NCBI GenBank assembly: GCA_965228475.1
Contig: OZ245817.1
Coordinates: 3,968,001-4,032,000 of the forward strand
Source: Myxococcota bacterium
GTDB lineage: Bacteria > Myxococcota_A > UBA9160 > JAFDDA01
Length of the DNA: 64,000 nucleotides
Direction: 5' to 3'
Below, one piece after another: positions 41,374-50,335 of this stretch. Under the pieces are notes generated by a model. That model searched no databases. It had not been told where the DNA came from and was given only the letters and a program-made list of their open reading frames with translations. The translations under genes were made by a program, and so were the position numbers. Every line of letters begins with the position of its first letter. Within the stretch, counting starts at the first letter, position 1.

Positions 41374-41739
41374 TTACCACGATCGAGGCGGAAGGTAGAG
41401 GGCGTAGAGCACCGAGAATCCTAGGATCCACAACAAACCGGGCTCGGGCACGGAGGCGCCCGGGGGCGGGCCCGATGCGACGGGTGCGAGTTCCGAGCCG
41501 AGCTGCACGGGCGATGCCGCCGGTCCGGGCTCGGCTGGGCCTCCCGCGACCAGGCCCAGCCCGACCGGTACCCCAGCGCGCTCGGGCGGCGGCCCGAGCA
41601 GCAGCGCGGTCAGAAGCCCGCCCACGAGGGCCCCGGCCAGGGTGGCCCCGAGGCAGGCGGCGGCGAACGGGGCGGCTCTCCGGGCGGGACGCGGCATGCG
41701 TGGACTCGTTCTCGGCGGCGGAGGGGGCCCGCTCTCCAT
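41374..41739 (-). CDS. Small PEP-CTERM-like membrane protein
   Basis: N-terminal hydrophobic helix, Pro/Gly linker, VPEPG followed by TM helix. Confidence 0.5.
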   Translation of the reverse strand: MESGPPPPPRTSPRMPRPARRAAPFAAACLGATLAGALVGGLLTALLLGPPPERAGVPVGLGLVAGGPAEPGPAASPVQLGSELAPVASGPPPGASVPEPGLLWILGFSVLYALYLPPRSW

Positions 41740-41819
41740 CGTCCAAAGCGTGCCCGCGCCAGAGACCGAGCCTGGGGTGTGGTGAAATTCCAGCGAGACC
41801 ATGGGGGTATGCTCGGGGC

Positions 41820-42437
41820 ATGCGAACGCGGCCCCGACGACTCCCCGCCGGCTTCCTGCTCTGTGCCTTTCTGACCCTCGCCGGGCCCGCCGGACGGGCG
41901 GCCGCCGACGAAGCCCACGTCGCCCGCCGCGAAGCGATCGGCCCCTACCTGGCGGTCCGACTCATGGGTGGCGAAGAGCATCACCTGCTGCTGCCCGTGA
42001 GCGATGCGTGCCTCGCGCTCTCCAAGCCCGAGGGGCGCGTCACCTTCGTCGACCGCGGCTTCCCGGGCCGTCTCGAGCACGGCGACATGCGCTGCGAAGC
42101 TTCGGGCGTGATGGACCTCGCACGCACGCGGGACCGACGCCCCCGGGCGGGGACGCCCTTCGCCCCGCGCAAGACGGCGTTCTGGGAGACGGTCCACCGC
42201 GACGGCCGTCATGCGCTCTTGCGCGGACGCTTCCCGCTCTCGTTTCTCGTCGGCATCGGGGGCGGAGGCGACCTGGTCGCCGTCGTCGCGGACGACGCGG
42301 CGTGCGCCGCGGCCATCGAAGGCGAGCGCGGCTCGCTCGAATTCCGCGACACGGGCGCGCACGCCTTCTTCCTGCGTGCGGGCGAGCAGCGCTGCCCCAT
42401 CCTCGGTTTCGCACGGCCCCCGCCCGGCAAGCCATGA
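41820..42437 (+). CDS. Hypothetical secreted protein
   Basis: Signal peptide (AAA-D), four Cys in mature part; TATGCT 6 nt before ATG. Confidence 0.65.
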   Translation: MRTRPRRLPAGFLLCAFLTLAGPAGRAAADEAHVARREAIGPYLAVRLMGGEEHHLLLPVSDACLALSKPEGRVTFVDRGFPGRLEHGDMRCEASGVMDLARTRDRRPRAGTPFAPRKTAFWETVHRDGRHALLRGRFPLSFLVGIGGGGDLVAVVADDAACAAAIEGERGSLEFRDTGAHAFFLRAGEQRCPILGFARPPPGKP

Positions 42438-42465
42438 GTCTGGTAGATTTCGCGGCGGAAGCCGC

Positions 42466-43260
42466 ATGCAAGCCTATCTAGACCTGCTCCGACACGTGCT
42501 CGAAAAGGGCGTCGACCGCGACGACCGCACCGGCACCGGCACGCGCAGCGTGTTCGGTTGGCAGATGCGCTTCGATCTCGCCGCCGGCTTCCCGCTCGTC
42601 ACGACCAAGAAGCTGCACATGCGCTCGATCGTCCACGAGCTGCTCTGGTTCCTCTCCGGCGACACCAACGTGCGATATCTCCGCGAGAACGGCGTGAGCA
42701 TCTGGGACGAGTGGGCCGACGAGAACGGCGAGCTCGGCCCGGTCTACGGGCATCAGTGGCGCTCCTGGCCCGCGCCCGAGGGCGGCACCATCGATCAGAT
42801 CCAGGACGTCGTCGATCGCATCCGGCGCGACCCGGATTCCCGCCGCCTGATCGTCTCGGCCTGGAACCCCGCCGACGTCCCGCGCATGGCGCTCCCGCCC
42901 TGCCACGTCCTCTTCCAGTTCTACGTCGCGAACGGGCGCCTCTCGTGTCAGCTGTACCAGCGCAGCGCGGACCTCTTCCTCGGCGTGCCCTTCAACATCG
43001 CCTCCTACGCCCTGCTCACCCAGATGATGGCCCAGGTCTCCGGGCTCGAAGCCGGCGAGTTCATCCACACGCTCGGCGACGCGCATCTCTACCGGAACCA
43101 CTTCGAACAGGCGCAGCGCCAGATCGAGCGCACGCCGCGGGCGCTCCCGCGCATGCGGCTCGATCCGAGCGTCACGTCGATCTTCGACTTCCGCTACGAG
43201 CACTTCGAGCTCGAGGGCTACGACCCGCATCCCCACATCGCCGCTCCCGTCGCGGTATGA
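42466..43260 (+). CDS. thyA: Thymidylate synthase
   Basis: [37 protein letters not shown]. Confidence 0.97.
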   Translation: MQAYLDLLRHVLEKGVDRDDRTGTGTRSVFGWQMRFDLAAGFPLVTTKKLHMRSIVHELLWFLSGDTNVRYLRENGVSIWDEWADENGELGPVYGHQWRSWPAPEGGTIDQIQDVVDRIRRDPDSRRLIVSAWNPADVPRMALPPCHVLFQFYVANGRLSCQLYQRSADLFLGVPFNIASYALLTQMMAQVSGLEAGEFIHTLGDAHLYRNHFEQAQRQIERTPRALPRMRLDPSVTSIFDFRYEHFELEGYDPHPHIAAPVAV

Positions 43261-43270
43261 GCCGGACGTC

Positions 43271-43771
43271 ATGGCTCTCGCGCTGATCGTGGCCTGCGCG
43301 GAGAACCGGGTGATCGGCCGCGACGGCGGCCTGCCCTGGCACCTTCCCGACGACCTCCGCCGCTTCCGCGAGCTGACGACGGGGCACGCCATCGTGATGG
43401 GCCGGCGCACCTGGGAATCGATCGGGCGGCCCCTGCCGAAGCGGCGCAACCTCGTCGTCACGCGCGCGCGGCTCGCCGTCGAAGGCATCGAGACCTTCAC
43501 GAGCTACGCGGCCGCCCGCGATGCGGCGTGCGGAAGCGGCGGCGAGGAGGGCGAAGCCTTCGTGATCGGCGGCGAGCGGCTCTACGCCGAGGCCCTGCCC
43601 GACGCCACGCGGCTCCACCGCACCCTCGTGCACGCCGAGCCCGCGGGCGACGCCTTCTTCCCCGAGGTCGACTGGGCCGAGTGGGAGCGCGTGGACGCCG
43701 AGCCCCACCCCGCCGACGAGCGCCACGAGCACGCGTTCACCTTCGAGACCTGGGAGCGGAGGCCCCGATGA
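43271..43771 (+). CDS. folA: Dihydrofolate reductase
   Basis: IG..GGLPWHLPDD, MGRRTWESIGRPLP, IGG, GDAFFP. Confidence 0.96.
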   Translation: MALALIVACAENRVIGRDGGLPWHLPDDLRRFRELTTGHAIVMGRRTWESIGRPLPKRRNLVVTRARLAVEGIETFTSYAAARDAACGSGGEEGEAFVIGGERLYAEALPDATRLHRTLVHAEPAGDAFFPEVDWAEWERVDAEPHPADERHEHAFTFETWERRPR

Positions 43772-44661
43772 GCGCGGCCCAGCCGGAGCTCGGCGACCTG
43801 CTCGTGCGCACGCTCTCGAGCGACGGCGGCGTCACCGTGCGCGCCCTCGTCGCCACCGAACTCGTCCGCGAAGCGGCGGAACGGCACGGCACGAGCCCGA
43901 CGGCGTCGAACGCCCTCGGCCGCGCCCTGGTCGGGACGCTCCTGTTCGCCTCGGGCCAGAGCGAAGAGGAGACGGTGCAGGTCCAGTTCCGCGGCAACGG
44001 CCCCCTCGGCACGGTGACCGTGATCGCGGACGGCGGCGGCCGCGTGCGCGGCTTCGTCCACGACCCGCGCGCCGAGCTCCCGCTCCGCGACGGGAAGCTC
44101 GACGTCTCCGGCGCCATCGGCGAGGGCATCGTCACGGTCGTTCGCAATCACCCGGACTGGCGCGAGCCCTACAGCGGCATCGTCACCATCCAGACCGGAG
44201 AGGTCGCGAGCGATCTCGCGCACTACCTGGCCGAGAGCGAGCAGAAGCCCTCCGTCGTCGCGATCGGCGTCTCCCACGAAGAGGACGGCTCGGTCCGCGC
44301 CGCCGGCGGCTTCCTCGCCCAGGCCCTGCCCGATGCCGACGACGAAACCGTCGCCCGGGTCGACACGGTTGCCCGCGGGCTCCCGCCCGTCACGACGCTC
44401 CTCGACGAAGGGCTCTGCGCCCCCGATCTCGCCGAACTCGTGCTCGCCGGCGTCGGCGCGCGGGAGCTTCACGCCCAGCCGGCCCGCTTCTCCTGCCCGT
44501 GCACGCGCGAGCGCGTGCTCGAGGCGGTGGCTCTGCTCGGCGGCGAGGAGCTCCGCGAGGCCCAGCGCAGCGGCGAGACGATCGAGACGCACTGCCGCTT
44601 CTGCGCCGAGCGCTACCTCGTCGGCGGCGACGAACTCGGCGCCCTCGCCCCGGACGCCTGA
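43768..44661 (+). CDS. hslO: Hsp33 redox-regulated chaperone
   Basis: GNGPLG, YLAESEQ, AAGGFL.QALP, CPC...CRFC zinc motif. Confidence 0.92.
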   Translation: MSAAQPELGDLLVRTLSSDGGVTVRALVATELVREAAERHGTSPTASNALGRALVGTLLFASGQSEEETVQVQFRGNGPLGTVTVIADGGGRVRGFVHDPRAELPLRDGKLDVSGAIGEGIVTVVRNHPDWREPYSGIVTIQTGEVASDLAHYLAESEQKPSVVAIGVSHEEDGSVRAAGGFLAQALPDADDETVARVDTVARGLPPVTTLLDEGLCAPDLAELVLAGVGARELHAQPARFSCPCTRERVLEAVALLGGEELREAQRSGETIETHCRFCAERYLVGGDELGALAPDA

Positions 44662-44730
44662 CCGGCCCGGCGCAGCACCGCGGCTGCAGCCGCAGCGCTC
44701 CACCTCGCCCGGGGGTGATACGATGGCGGC

Positions 44731-45198
44731 GTGTCCAAGGACGCCGACCACCCTGCCCCGCGGAGCGCACCGCCCCCCGCCCTGACGGAGGACTTCGGCG
44801 AAGACCGCGAGACCGTCGTCGCCCTGTTCGGCGATTCGGCGCGCTCGGGGAGCTGGCTCCCGCCGGAGCGGCTGAACGCCGTGGCCGGCTTCGGCAACGT
44901 GAAGCTCGACTTCACCCTCGCCGACCTCCCGCCGGGCCCCACCGAGATCCAGGGCTTCGCCGTCTTCGGCAACGTCGAGATCCTCGTGCCGCCCCACGTC
45001 GACGTCGAGCAGAGCGGCATCTCGATTTTCGGCAAGGTCACCCACCGGAGCTCGCGCAAGGCCGGGAAGAAGCTCCTGCACCGCGTGCTCGGCACGCCGG
45101 AGGCCGCCCTGCCCCCGGAAGACGGAGAAGAGCGCTGGCTCGTCGTACGCGGCTGGGCGGTGTTCGGGAACCTGCGCGTGACGGTGGTCGAATCGTGA
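44731..45198 (+). CDS. LiaF-C/DUF2154-like beta-rich domain protein
   Basis: Repeated (A/I)xFG motifs, FGNVKLDF, FGNVEILVPP. Confidence 0.7.
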   Translation: MSKDADHPAPRSAPPPALTEDFGEDRETVVALFGDSARSGSWLPPERLNAVAGFGNVKLDFTLADLPPGPTEIQGFAVFGNVEILVPPHVDVEQSGISIFGKVTHRSSRKAGKKLLHRVLGTPEAALPPEDGEERWLVVRGWAVFGNLRVTVVES

Positions 45199-45719
45199 GC
45201 CGGCGCTTCGGGCCGATCCGACAGAACGGCTACGTCGTGCGCGACATCGAGCGCGCGCTCGCGCACTGGACCGAAGAGCTCGGCGTGGGCCCCTTCTTCT
45301 ACTTCGAACGCGTGCCGATCGAGGACTTCCGCTATCGCGGAGAGCCCTCGGACGTCGAGGTCTCGATCGCCCTCGCGAACTGGGGAGACCTGCAGATCGA
45401 ACTCATCGAACAGCGCAACGACGCGCCCTCGATGTACCGGGACTTCCTCGCCGCCGGCCACGAAGGGCTCCAGCACGTCGCGTGCTGGTACGAGGACCTC
45501 GACCCCGTCTTCGAGCGCCTCGCCGCCGAGGGCACACGCATCGGCCAGCAGGGGAACATCGGCGAGCGTGGCCGCTTCGCGTACCTCGAGACCGAGGCCC
45601 ACCCGGGAACGATCGTCGAGGTCTCCGAGGTCGGAGGGGGCAAGGGGCGGTTCTTCGAGCACATCCGCCGCTGTGCCGCCGAGTGGGACGGGAGCGAGCC
45701 GATCCGCCCCGTCGGGTAG
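45195..45719 (+). CDS. VOC / glyoxalase family protein
   Basis: QNGYVVRDIE, QIELIEQ, EGLQHVA, FAYLET. Confidence 0.85.
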   Translation: MSRRFGPIRQNGYVVRDIERALAHWTEELGVGPFFYFERVPIEDFRYRGEPSDVEVSIALANWGDLQIELIEQRNDAPSMYRDFLAAGHEGLQHVACWYEDLDPVFERLAAEGTRIGQQGNIGERGRFAYLETEAHPGTIVEVSEVGGGKGRFFEHIRRCAAEWDGSEPIRPVG

Positions 45720-45755
45720 CTCCGACGCGGACCTCAGGCCCCTCCGACGCGGCCT

Positions 45756-46331
45756 TCAGGCCCGGAAGGCCGTCTCGAGGACCTTGTAGACCTGCTCTTC
45801 CTCGCGGGAGACCTTGTTCCCGATCCCGAGGAACCCGCCGGCCGCCTCGGCGACGTCGCGCGCGCGGGAAAGGACGTCGCGCTTGAGGGCCTTGCGCTGG
45901 TCCGGCTCCATCTCCTCGCACAGCACGCCCACGTACTCGCGCCAGGCGGCCAGGAGCCGCGGCGGCGGCCGGTGATCGAGCCAGTCCGCGAGCATCGTTC
46001 CCGAGGGCGAGTCCGGCGTGAGCCCCTGGGCATCCGCGGCCTTCTGGATCGCGGCGCGCTCCTTCTCGTCCACCTCGCCGTCGGCCCAGGCCACCTCGAC
46101 GAGCGGCACGATCGTCATCGCCGTCAGGGTCTCGGCGTTGATCCCGAGCTCGACGAGCTTGTCGAGGACCGCTTCGTCGTGGATGCCCGAGGCCGCCCCC
46201 AGCTCCGCCTTCGCTTCGGTCGTCATCTTCTTCTGCCGCAGCTCCGCCGCCAGCCGCTCGTTCTCCTTGCGGAAGAACTCCTCTTCGAGCGCCTGCCGGC
46301 GATCCTTCAACACACCACCGTCCTTGGACAT
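45756..46331 (-). CDS. Hypothetical protein, TerB-like fold with charged N-terminal helix
   Basis: VAWADGEVDEKER, VAEAAGGFLGIG.KVS.EE; GAGGAGG upstream. Confidence 0.7.
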   Translation of the reverse strand: MSKDGGVLKDRRQALEEEFFRKENERLAAELRQKKMTTEAKAELGAASGIHDEAVLDKLVELGINAETLTAMTIVPLVEVAWADGEVDEKERAAIQKAADAQGLTPDSPSGTMLADWLDHRPPPRLLAAWREYVGVLCEEMEPDQRKALKRDVLSRARDVAEAAGGFLGIGNKVSREEEQVYKVLETAFRA

Positions 46332-46546
46332 CGAAACGCGCACCTCCTCTTGGGACGAGCATAACCGGGCACACCGCCGGGGAAAGCGAGCGCGGAACGG
46401 TGGCATTTCACCCCGAAACTGGGAACCGCACGGCCGGAGCTGCGCCTCAGGCGTCATTTTCTGCCGACCGCGTCCGCAAGGAACGTTAGGATCGCCGCTG
46501 TTGGCCGCGTTTCGCGCCAACGCCATGAGAGGAAAAGGGGGTCGAA

Positions 46547-46735
46547 ATGGCGGAAGACGTGCTGGTCGTGGCTTCGAAGCTCAAGGGCTACATCCGCGAC
46601 AAGTCCGGAATGAACACCTCGGCCTCGGTCCTGACGGCCTTGTCGGACCGGATCCGTGAGCTTTGCGATCAGGCCATCGAGAATGCCCGGAACGACGGCC
46701 GCAAGACCGTCAAGGATCGCGACTTCGGCGGCTGA
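46547..46735 (+). CDS. Bacterial histone-fold protein (Bd0055-type)
   Basis: VLVVASKLK.YI...GMNTS and A.NDGRKTVKDRD (RKT....D L2 motif); 62 aa; purine-rich SD. Confidence 0.88.
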   Translation: MAEDVLVVASKLKGYIRDKSGMNTSASVLTALSDRIRELCDQAIENARNDGRKTVKDRDFGG

Positions 46736-46815
46736 GCTCGCTCGACGAGACGGGGCGCGTGGGGTCTCCCACGCCGTCCCGGGCTCGCCTCCCCTGCGCC
46801 CGCCGAGAATCCACG

Positions 46816-47568
46816 ATGCAGCTCCTTTCGGGCGCCCGCGCCGTCTTCTTCGACCTCTTCGACACGCTCATCCAGATCGATGAAGCGCGCCTGCCGCCCC
46901 TCAAGGTCGCGGGACGGCGTCTGCGCAGCACCGTTCCGATCCTCTACGAAGATCACGTGGCCGAACGCGGCATCGCGCGCGAGCGCTTCGTGGAAGCCCT
47001 GCGCGACACGATGATCGAGATCGGGCAGGAGAAGAAGCGCAACACCGACGAGGTGCCGGCGCTGGTGCGCTGGCAGCGCGTGGTCGCGCGGCTCGAGTTC
47101 GAAGACGGCGACGGCGGCGAAGCGCTCGCACACACCTTGACCGAACGCCACGCGCGCACCCTGGCCGAGGCGGCCATCCCGGTGCCCCGGGCACGCGAGG
47201 TGCTCTCGGCGGTTCGCGACCGCGGGCTCGACGTCGCCCTGATCTCGAACTTCGACCACACGCCCGCTGCGGACTGGATCCTCGAGGGCACCGGCCTCGC
47301 GGACCTGATCGAAAAGCGCGTGATCTCCGAGGCCGTCGGCGTCCGCAAGCCCGACGAACGCATCTTCCGGGAAGCGCTCGACCACTTCGAACACGAGCCG
47401 GCCGCCTGCGTCCACGTGGGCGACCAGGCCCGCGCGGACGCCTGGGGCGCGGGGCAGCTCGGGCTGCGCGGCGTCTGGATCAACCGTCACGAAGAGCCCT
47501 ATGCCGAAGAGGGCCCGCCGCCGGCGCTGGTGATCTCGCGCCTCGCCGACCTGCTCCAGCACTTCTAG
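46816..47568 (+). CDS. HAD-superfamily hydrolase
   Basis: FFDLFDTL, ISNFD, RKPD..IF, HVGDQ..AD. Confidence 0.9.
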   Translation: MQLLSGARAVFFDLFDTLIQIDEARLPPLKVAGRRLRSTVPILYEDHVAERGIARERFVEALRDTMIEIGQEKKRNTDEVPALVRWQRVVARLEFEDGDGGEALAHTLTERHARTLAEAAIPVPRAREVLSAVRDRGLDVALISNFDHTPAADWILEGTGLADLIEKRVISEAVGVRKPDERIFREALDHFEHEPAACVHVGDQARADAWGAGQLGLRGVWINRHEEPYAEEGPPPALVISRLADLLQHF

Positions 47569-47577
47569 CGGGAACCG

Positions 47578-48066
47578 CTAGGAGAAGATCGCCTCGTACT
47601 CGATGGCGACGATCACGTAGGTGGCGTCGCCCTTCGGCCGCTTCACGGTGACCTCGTCGTCGAGCCGTTTGCCGAGCAGCGCGCGGCCCATGGGCGAGTC
47701 CATGCTGATCTTCTTCTCCGAAGCGTTCGACTCGTCGGGGCCGACCAGCCGGTAGCGCTCCTCTTCGCCGGATTCCGCCTCGAGGGTGACCCAGGCGCCG
47801 AAGAAGACGCGCTCGGGGTCACCGGGCGCCTGGCTCACGACCTCGAGGGACTCGAGACGACCGTTCAGGAAGCGGAGCCGCGAATCGATCTCCCGCAGCC
47901 GCTTCTTGCCGTAGATGTACTCGGCGTTCTCCGAGCGGTCGCCCTGGGCCGCGGCGTCCGAGACCTCGCGGGTCACGCGCGGCCGCTCGACCCGCCACAG
48001 GTGTTCCGCTTCCTCACGCAGCTTCTCGTAGCCCTCGGGCGTGATGTAACGCTTGCGGTCCGCCAC
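47578..48066 (-). CDS. greB: Transcription elongation factor GreB
   Basis: YITPEGY, AAAQGDRSENAEYIYGKKRLREID, SPMGRALLGK. Confidence 0.95.
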   Translation of the reverse strand: MADRKRYITPEGYEKLREEAEHLWRVERPRVTREVSDAAAQGDRSENAEYIYGKKRLREIDSRLRFLNGRLESLEVVSQAPGDPERVFFGAWVTLEAESGEEERYRLVGPDESNASEKKISMDSPMGRALLGKRLDDEVTVKRPKGDATYVIVAIEYEAIFS

Positions 48067-48109
48067 CGCGGTTGGATAGCAAACGGGGCATGGAGAAGTT
48101 CTTCCGGCC

Positions 48110-48847
48110 ATGACCAGCGGACTCGACGGGAGGCAGCGGGCCGGGGTCGGCGCCATCGAGGCGGCGCTCGACGGGGGGGAGCCCGTCACGCAGCTCCTGG
48201 TCGCGCGCGACACGGAGCGCGCGGACGTGCTGGCCCTGTGCGAGCGGGCACGGACGGCCGGGATCCCGGTCCGGCCCGCGAGCGCGGGAGACCTTCGGCG
48301 CCTGTCGCAGACGGACCCGCCCGAAGAAGTGCTGGCCCTGCTCGAGCGGCAGCCCGACGCGACGGCCGAAGCCGTCTTCGAGCGCGGCGGCGCGACGTGG
48401 CTGCTCGTCGGCGCGGCCTACCCGGGCAACGTCGGGGCGGTCCTGCGAACGGTCGAGGTCGCCGGCGCCGAAGCCGCCTTCGTGGATGCGGAGCTCGACC
48501 GGGCGGGCCGCCGCGCCGCGCTGCGCACCTCCATGAACGCCGAGCGCTTCATGCCCGTCTTCTGGCGCGGGGCCGAGGAGGTGATCGGCCTCGCCCGCGG
48601 CGCCGGGCACGCCGTCCTCGCCATCGAGGACGTCGGCGACGCCGCCCCGTGGCAGCTCGACCTCACGAGGCCGACGCTCTTCCTCGCCGGCGGCGAGGAC
48701 GCGAGCCTCCCGCCGGACCTGCTCGCGCGCTGCGACCGGGTCCTGCGGCTTCCGATGCGCGGCTTCATCCCCTGCTACAACCTGCAGGCCGCCGTCGCCG
48801 CGGTCGCCGGCGAGCGCCTCCGGCAGCTCGAGACGGGCGCGCCCTAG
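48110..48847 (+). CDS. TrmH/SpoU-family RNA methyltransferase
   Basis: PGNVGAVLRT, GGE, LPMRG...YNLQAA. Confidence 0.85.
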   Translation: MTSGLDGRQRAGVGAIEAALDGGEPVTQLLVARDTERADVLALCERARTAGIPVRPASAGDLRRLSQTDPPEEVLALLERQPDATAEAVFERGGATWLLVGAAYPGNVGAVLRTVEVAGAEAAFVDAELDRAGRRAALRTSMNAERFMPVFWRGAEEVIGLARGAGHAVLAIEDVGDAAPWQLDLTRPTLFLAGGEDASLPPDLLARCDRVLRLPMRGFIPCYNLQAAVAAVAGERLRQLETGAP

Positions 48848-49009
48848 CCCCGAAAAGCGCTGGTTTCGCGGCAGGTTCGGGCCCTCCGGGCGTTTTACCG
48901 AAGTTTGACACGGAAACGCTCGCAGCGGCCGAGCGACTCCTTATCTTGCCGCCGTTCCGCGCCCCCGCCCGAGCGTGGGGGAACCCACGGCAAGCACGAG
49001 GAGTTCGCC

Positions 49010-49909
49010 ATGTCGGCCCAGCCGATCGAGACCGCCCAGGAAGTCGAATCCCACTCCGAGGCCGACGGCCGCTGGCGGGACATGCCGTGGATCCCGACGG
49101 TGCTCTACTGGGGCATCCACGTGCTGGCGCTCGGCGTCTTCTTCGTCGGCCCGAGCGCCGCGGATCTCGCGCTGTTCGCGCTGTGCTTCTGGCCGCGCAT
49201 CTTCTTCATCACGGGCGGCTACCACCGCTACTTCTCGCACAAGACCTACAAGACGAGCCGGCCCTTCCAGGCCTTCCTCGCCTTCATGGGAACGACCTGC
49301 GTGCAGAAGGGGCCGCTGTGGTGGGCGTCCCTGCACCGCCACCACCACAAGCACTCGGATCAGCCCGACGACGTGCACCCGCCGCACAAGGGCTTCTGGT
49401 ATGCGCACCAGTCCTGGATCGAGGACCCGAAGTGGCTCGCCACGCGCCTCGAGTACGTTCCGGACCTCGCGAAGTACCCGGAGCTCCAGTTCCTGAACAA
49501 GTATCACGTGGTGGGCCCGATCGCGTTGATCGCCTTCTGCGTGGCCGTTGGCGGATGGTCGGGCTTCCTCTGGGGCTTCTGCCTCTCCACGACCCTGCTC
49601 TGGCACTCGACCTACACGATCAACTCCCTCTCCCACCGCTGGGGCCGCGTCCGCTACGAGACCGGCGACGACAGCAGGAACAACTGGGTGCTCGCGCTGC
49701 TCACGCTCGGCGAGGGCTGGCACAACAACCACCACCGCTACCAGGCCGCGGCCCGCAACGGCTTCTACTGGTGGGAGGTGGACATCACGTACTACGCGCT
49801 GCTCGGGCTCGAGAAGGTGGGGTTGGTCTGGGACCTGCGGCAGCCGCCGGCTTCGGTTCTTGCGGAGGGGCGGGGTGAGGCGCCGGCTTCTCTGCGGAAG
49901 GCTGCGTGA
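49010..49909 (+). CDS. Fatty acid (acyl-CoA delta9-type) desaturase
   Basis: His boxes HRYFSH, HRHHH, GEGWHNNHH; GAGGAG SD. Confidence 0.93.
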   Translation: MSAQPIETAQEVESHSEADGRWRDMPWIPTVLYWGIHVLALGVFFVGPSAADLALFALCFWPRIFFITGGYHRYFSHKTYKTSRPFQAFLAFMGTTCVQKGPLWWASLHRHHHKHSDQPDDVHPPHKGFWYAHQSWIEDPKWLATRLEYVPDLAKYPELQFLNKYHVVGPIALIAFCVAVGGWSGFLWGFCLSTTLLWHSTYTINSLSHRWGRVRYETGDDSRNNWVLALLTLGEGWHNNHHRYQAAARNGFYWWEVDITYYALLGLEKVGLVWDLRQPPASVLAEGRGEAPASLRKAA

Positions 49910-49920
49910 TCCTCTGCTCG

Positions 49921-50279
49921 CGCGGGGCGTCGAGGGCGGGAAGGGGTTCCGCTCATGGCTCGCCCTGCCGAACATCGGAGCCCCATGAACAGCCGAGTGC
50001 GGGCTGCGCTTTACTTCGCTGAACCCCTTCCCGCCCTCGCCGCCCCGCGGTTTGGGTGGCTCTCTGGACGGACTATTTGAAACACAGAAACGCCGGCGCA
50101 AAGCGCCGGCGTTTCTGTTTTAGCCACCCCGTGGGCGGTGAGGTACTCACGGCTTCGATCGCGGGCGGGGAGGGGTGGGGTTCGGCGAAGTAAAGCGCAG
50201 CCCGGACTCCGCAACCCCAGACATCCCCGATGCCCGGCCGGGCGAGCCATGAGCCGAACCCCACCCCTCCCCGCCCGCG
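49921..50279. repeat. Nested palindromic repeat cluster (REP/BIME/MITE-like): two inverted hairpin units around a central hairpin
   Basis: Unit A 49921-50049 (28/29-bp arms); unit B 50160-50279 (27-bp perfect arms); central 16-bp stem 50084-50118. Confidence 0.85.
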
Positions 50280-50335
50280 CGCGCCGCCTCTCCTGACACC
50301 ACGCCGTCAGCAACATCGCCTATTCTGAGCCGTCC

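Noticed and set aside
48905..48910. Perfect TTGACA upstream of the desaturase
   Set aside because: No -10 hexamer at 16-19 nt spacing, so no promoter call is supported
49921..50279. CRISPR array, tRNA or autonomous IS
   Set aside because: Repeats are inverted and not regularly spaced; no cloverleaf; no cas or transposase gene in the window
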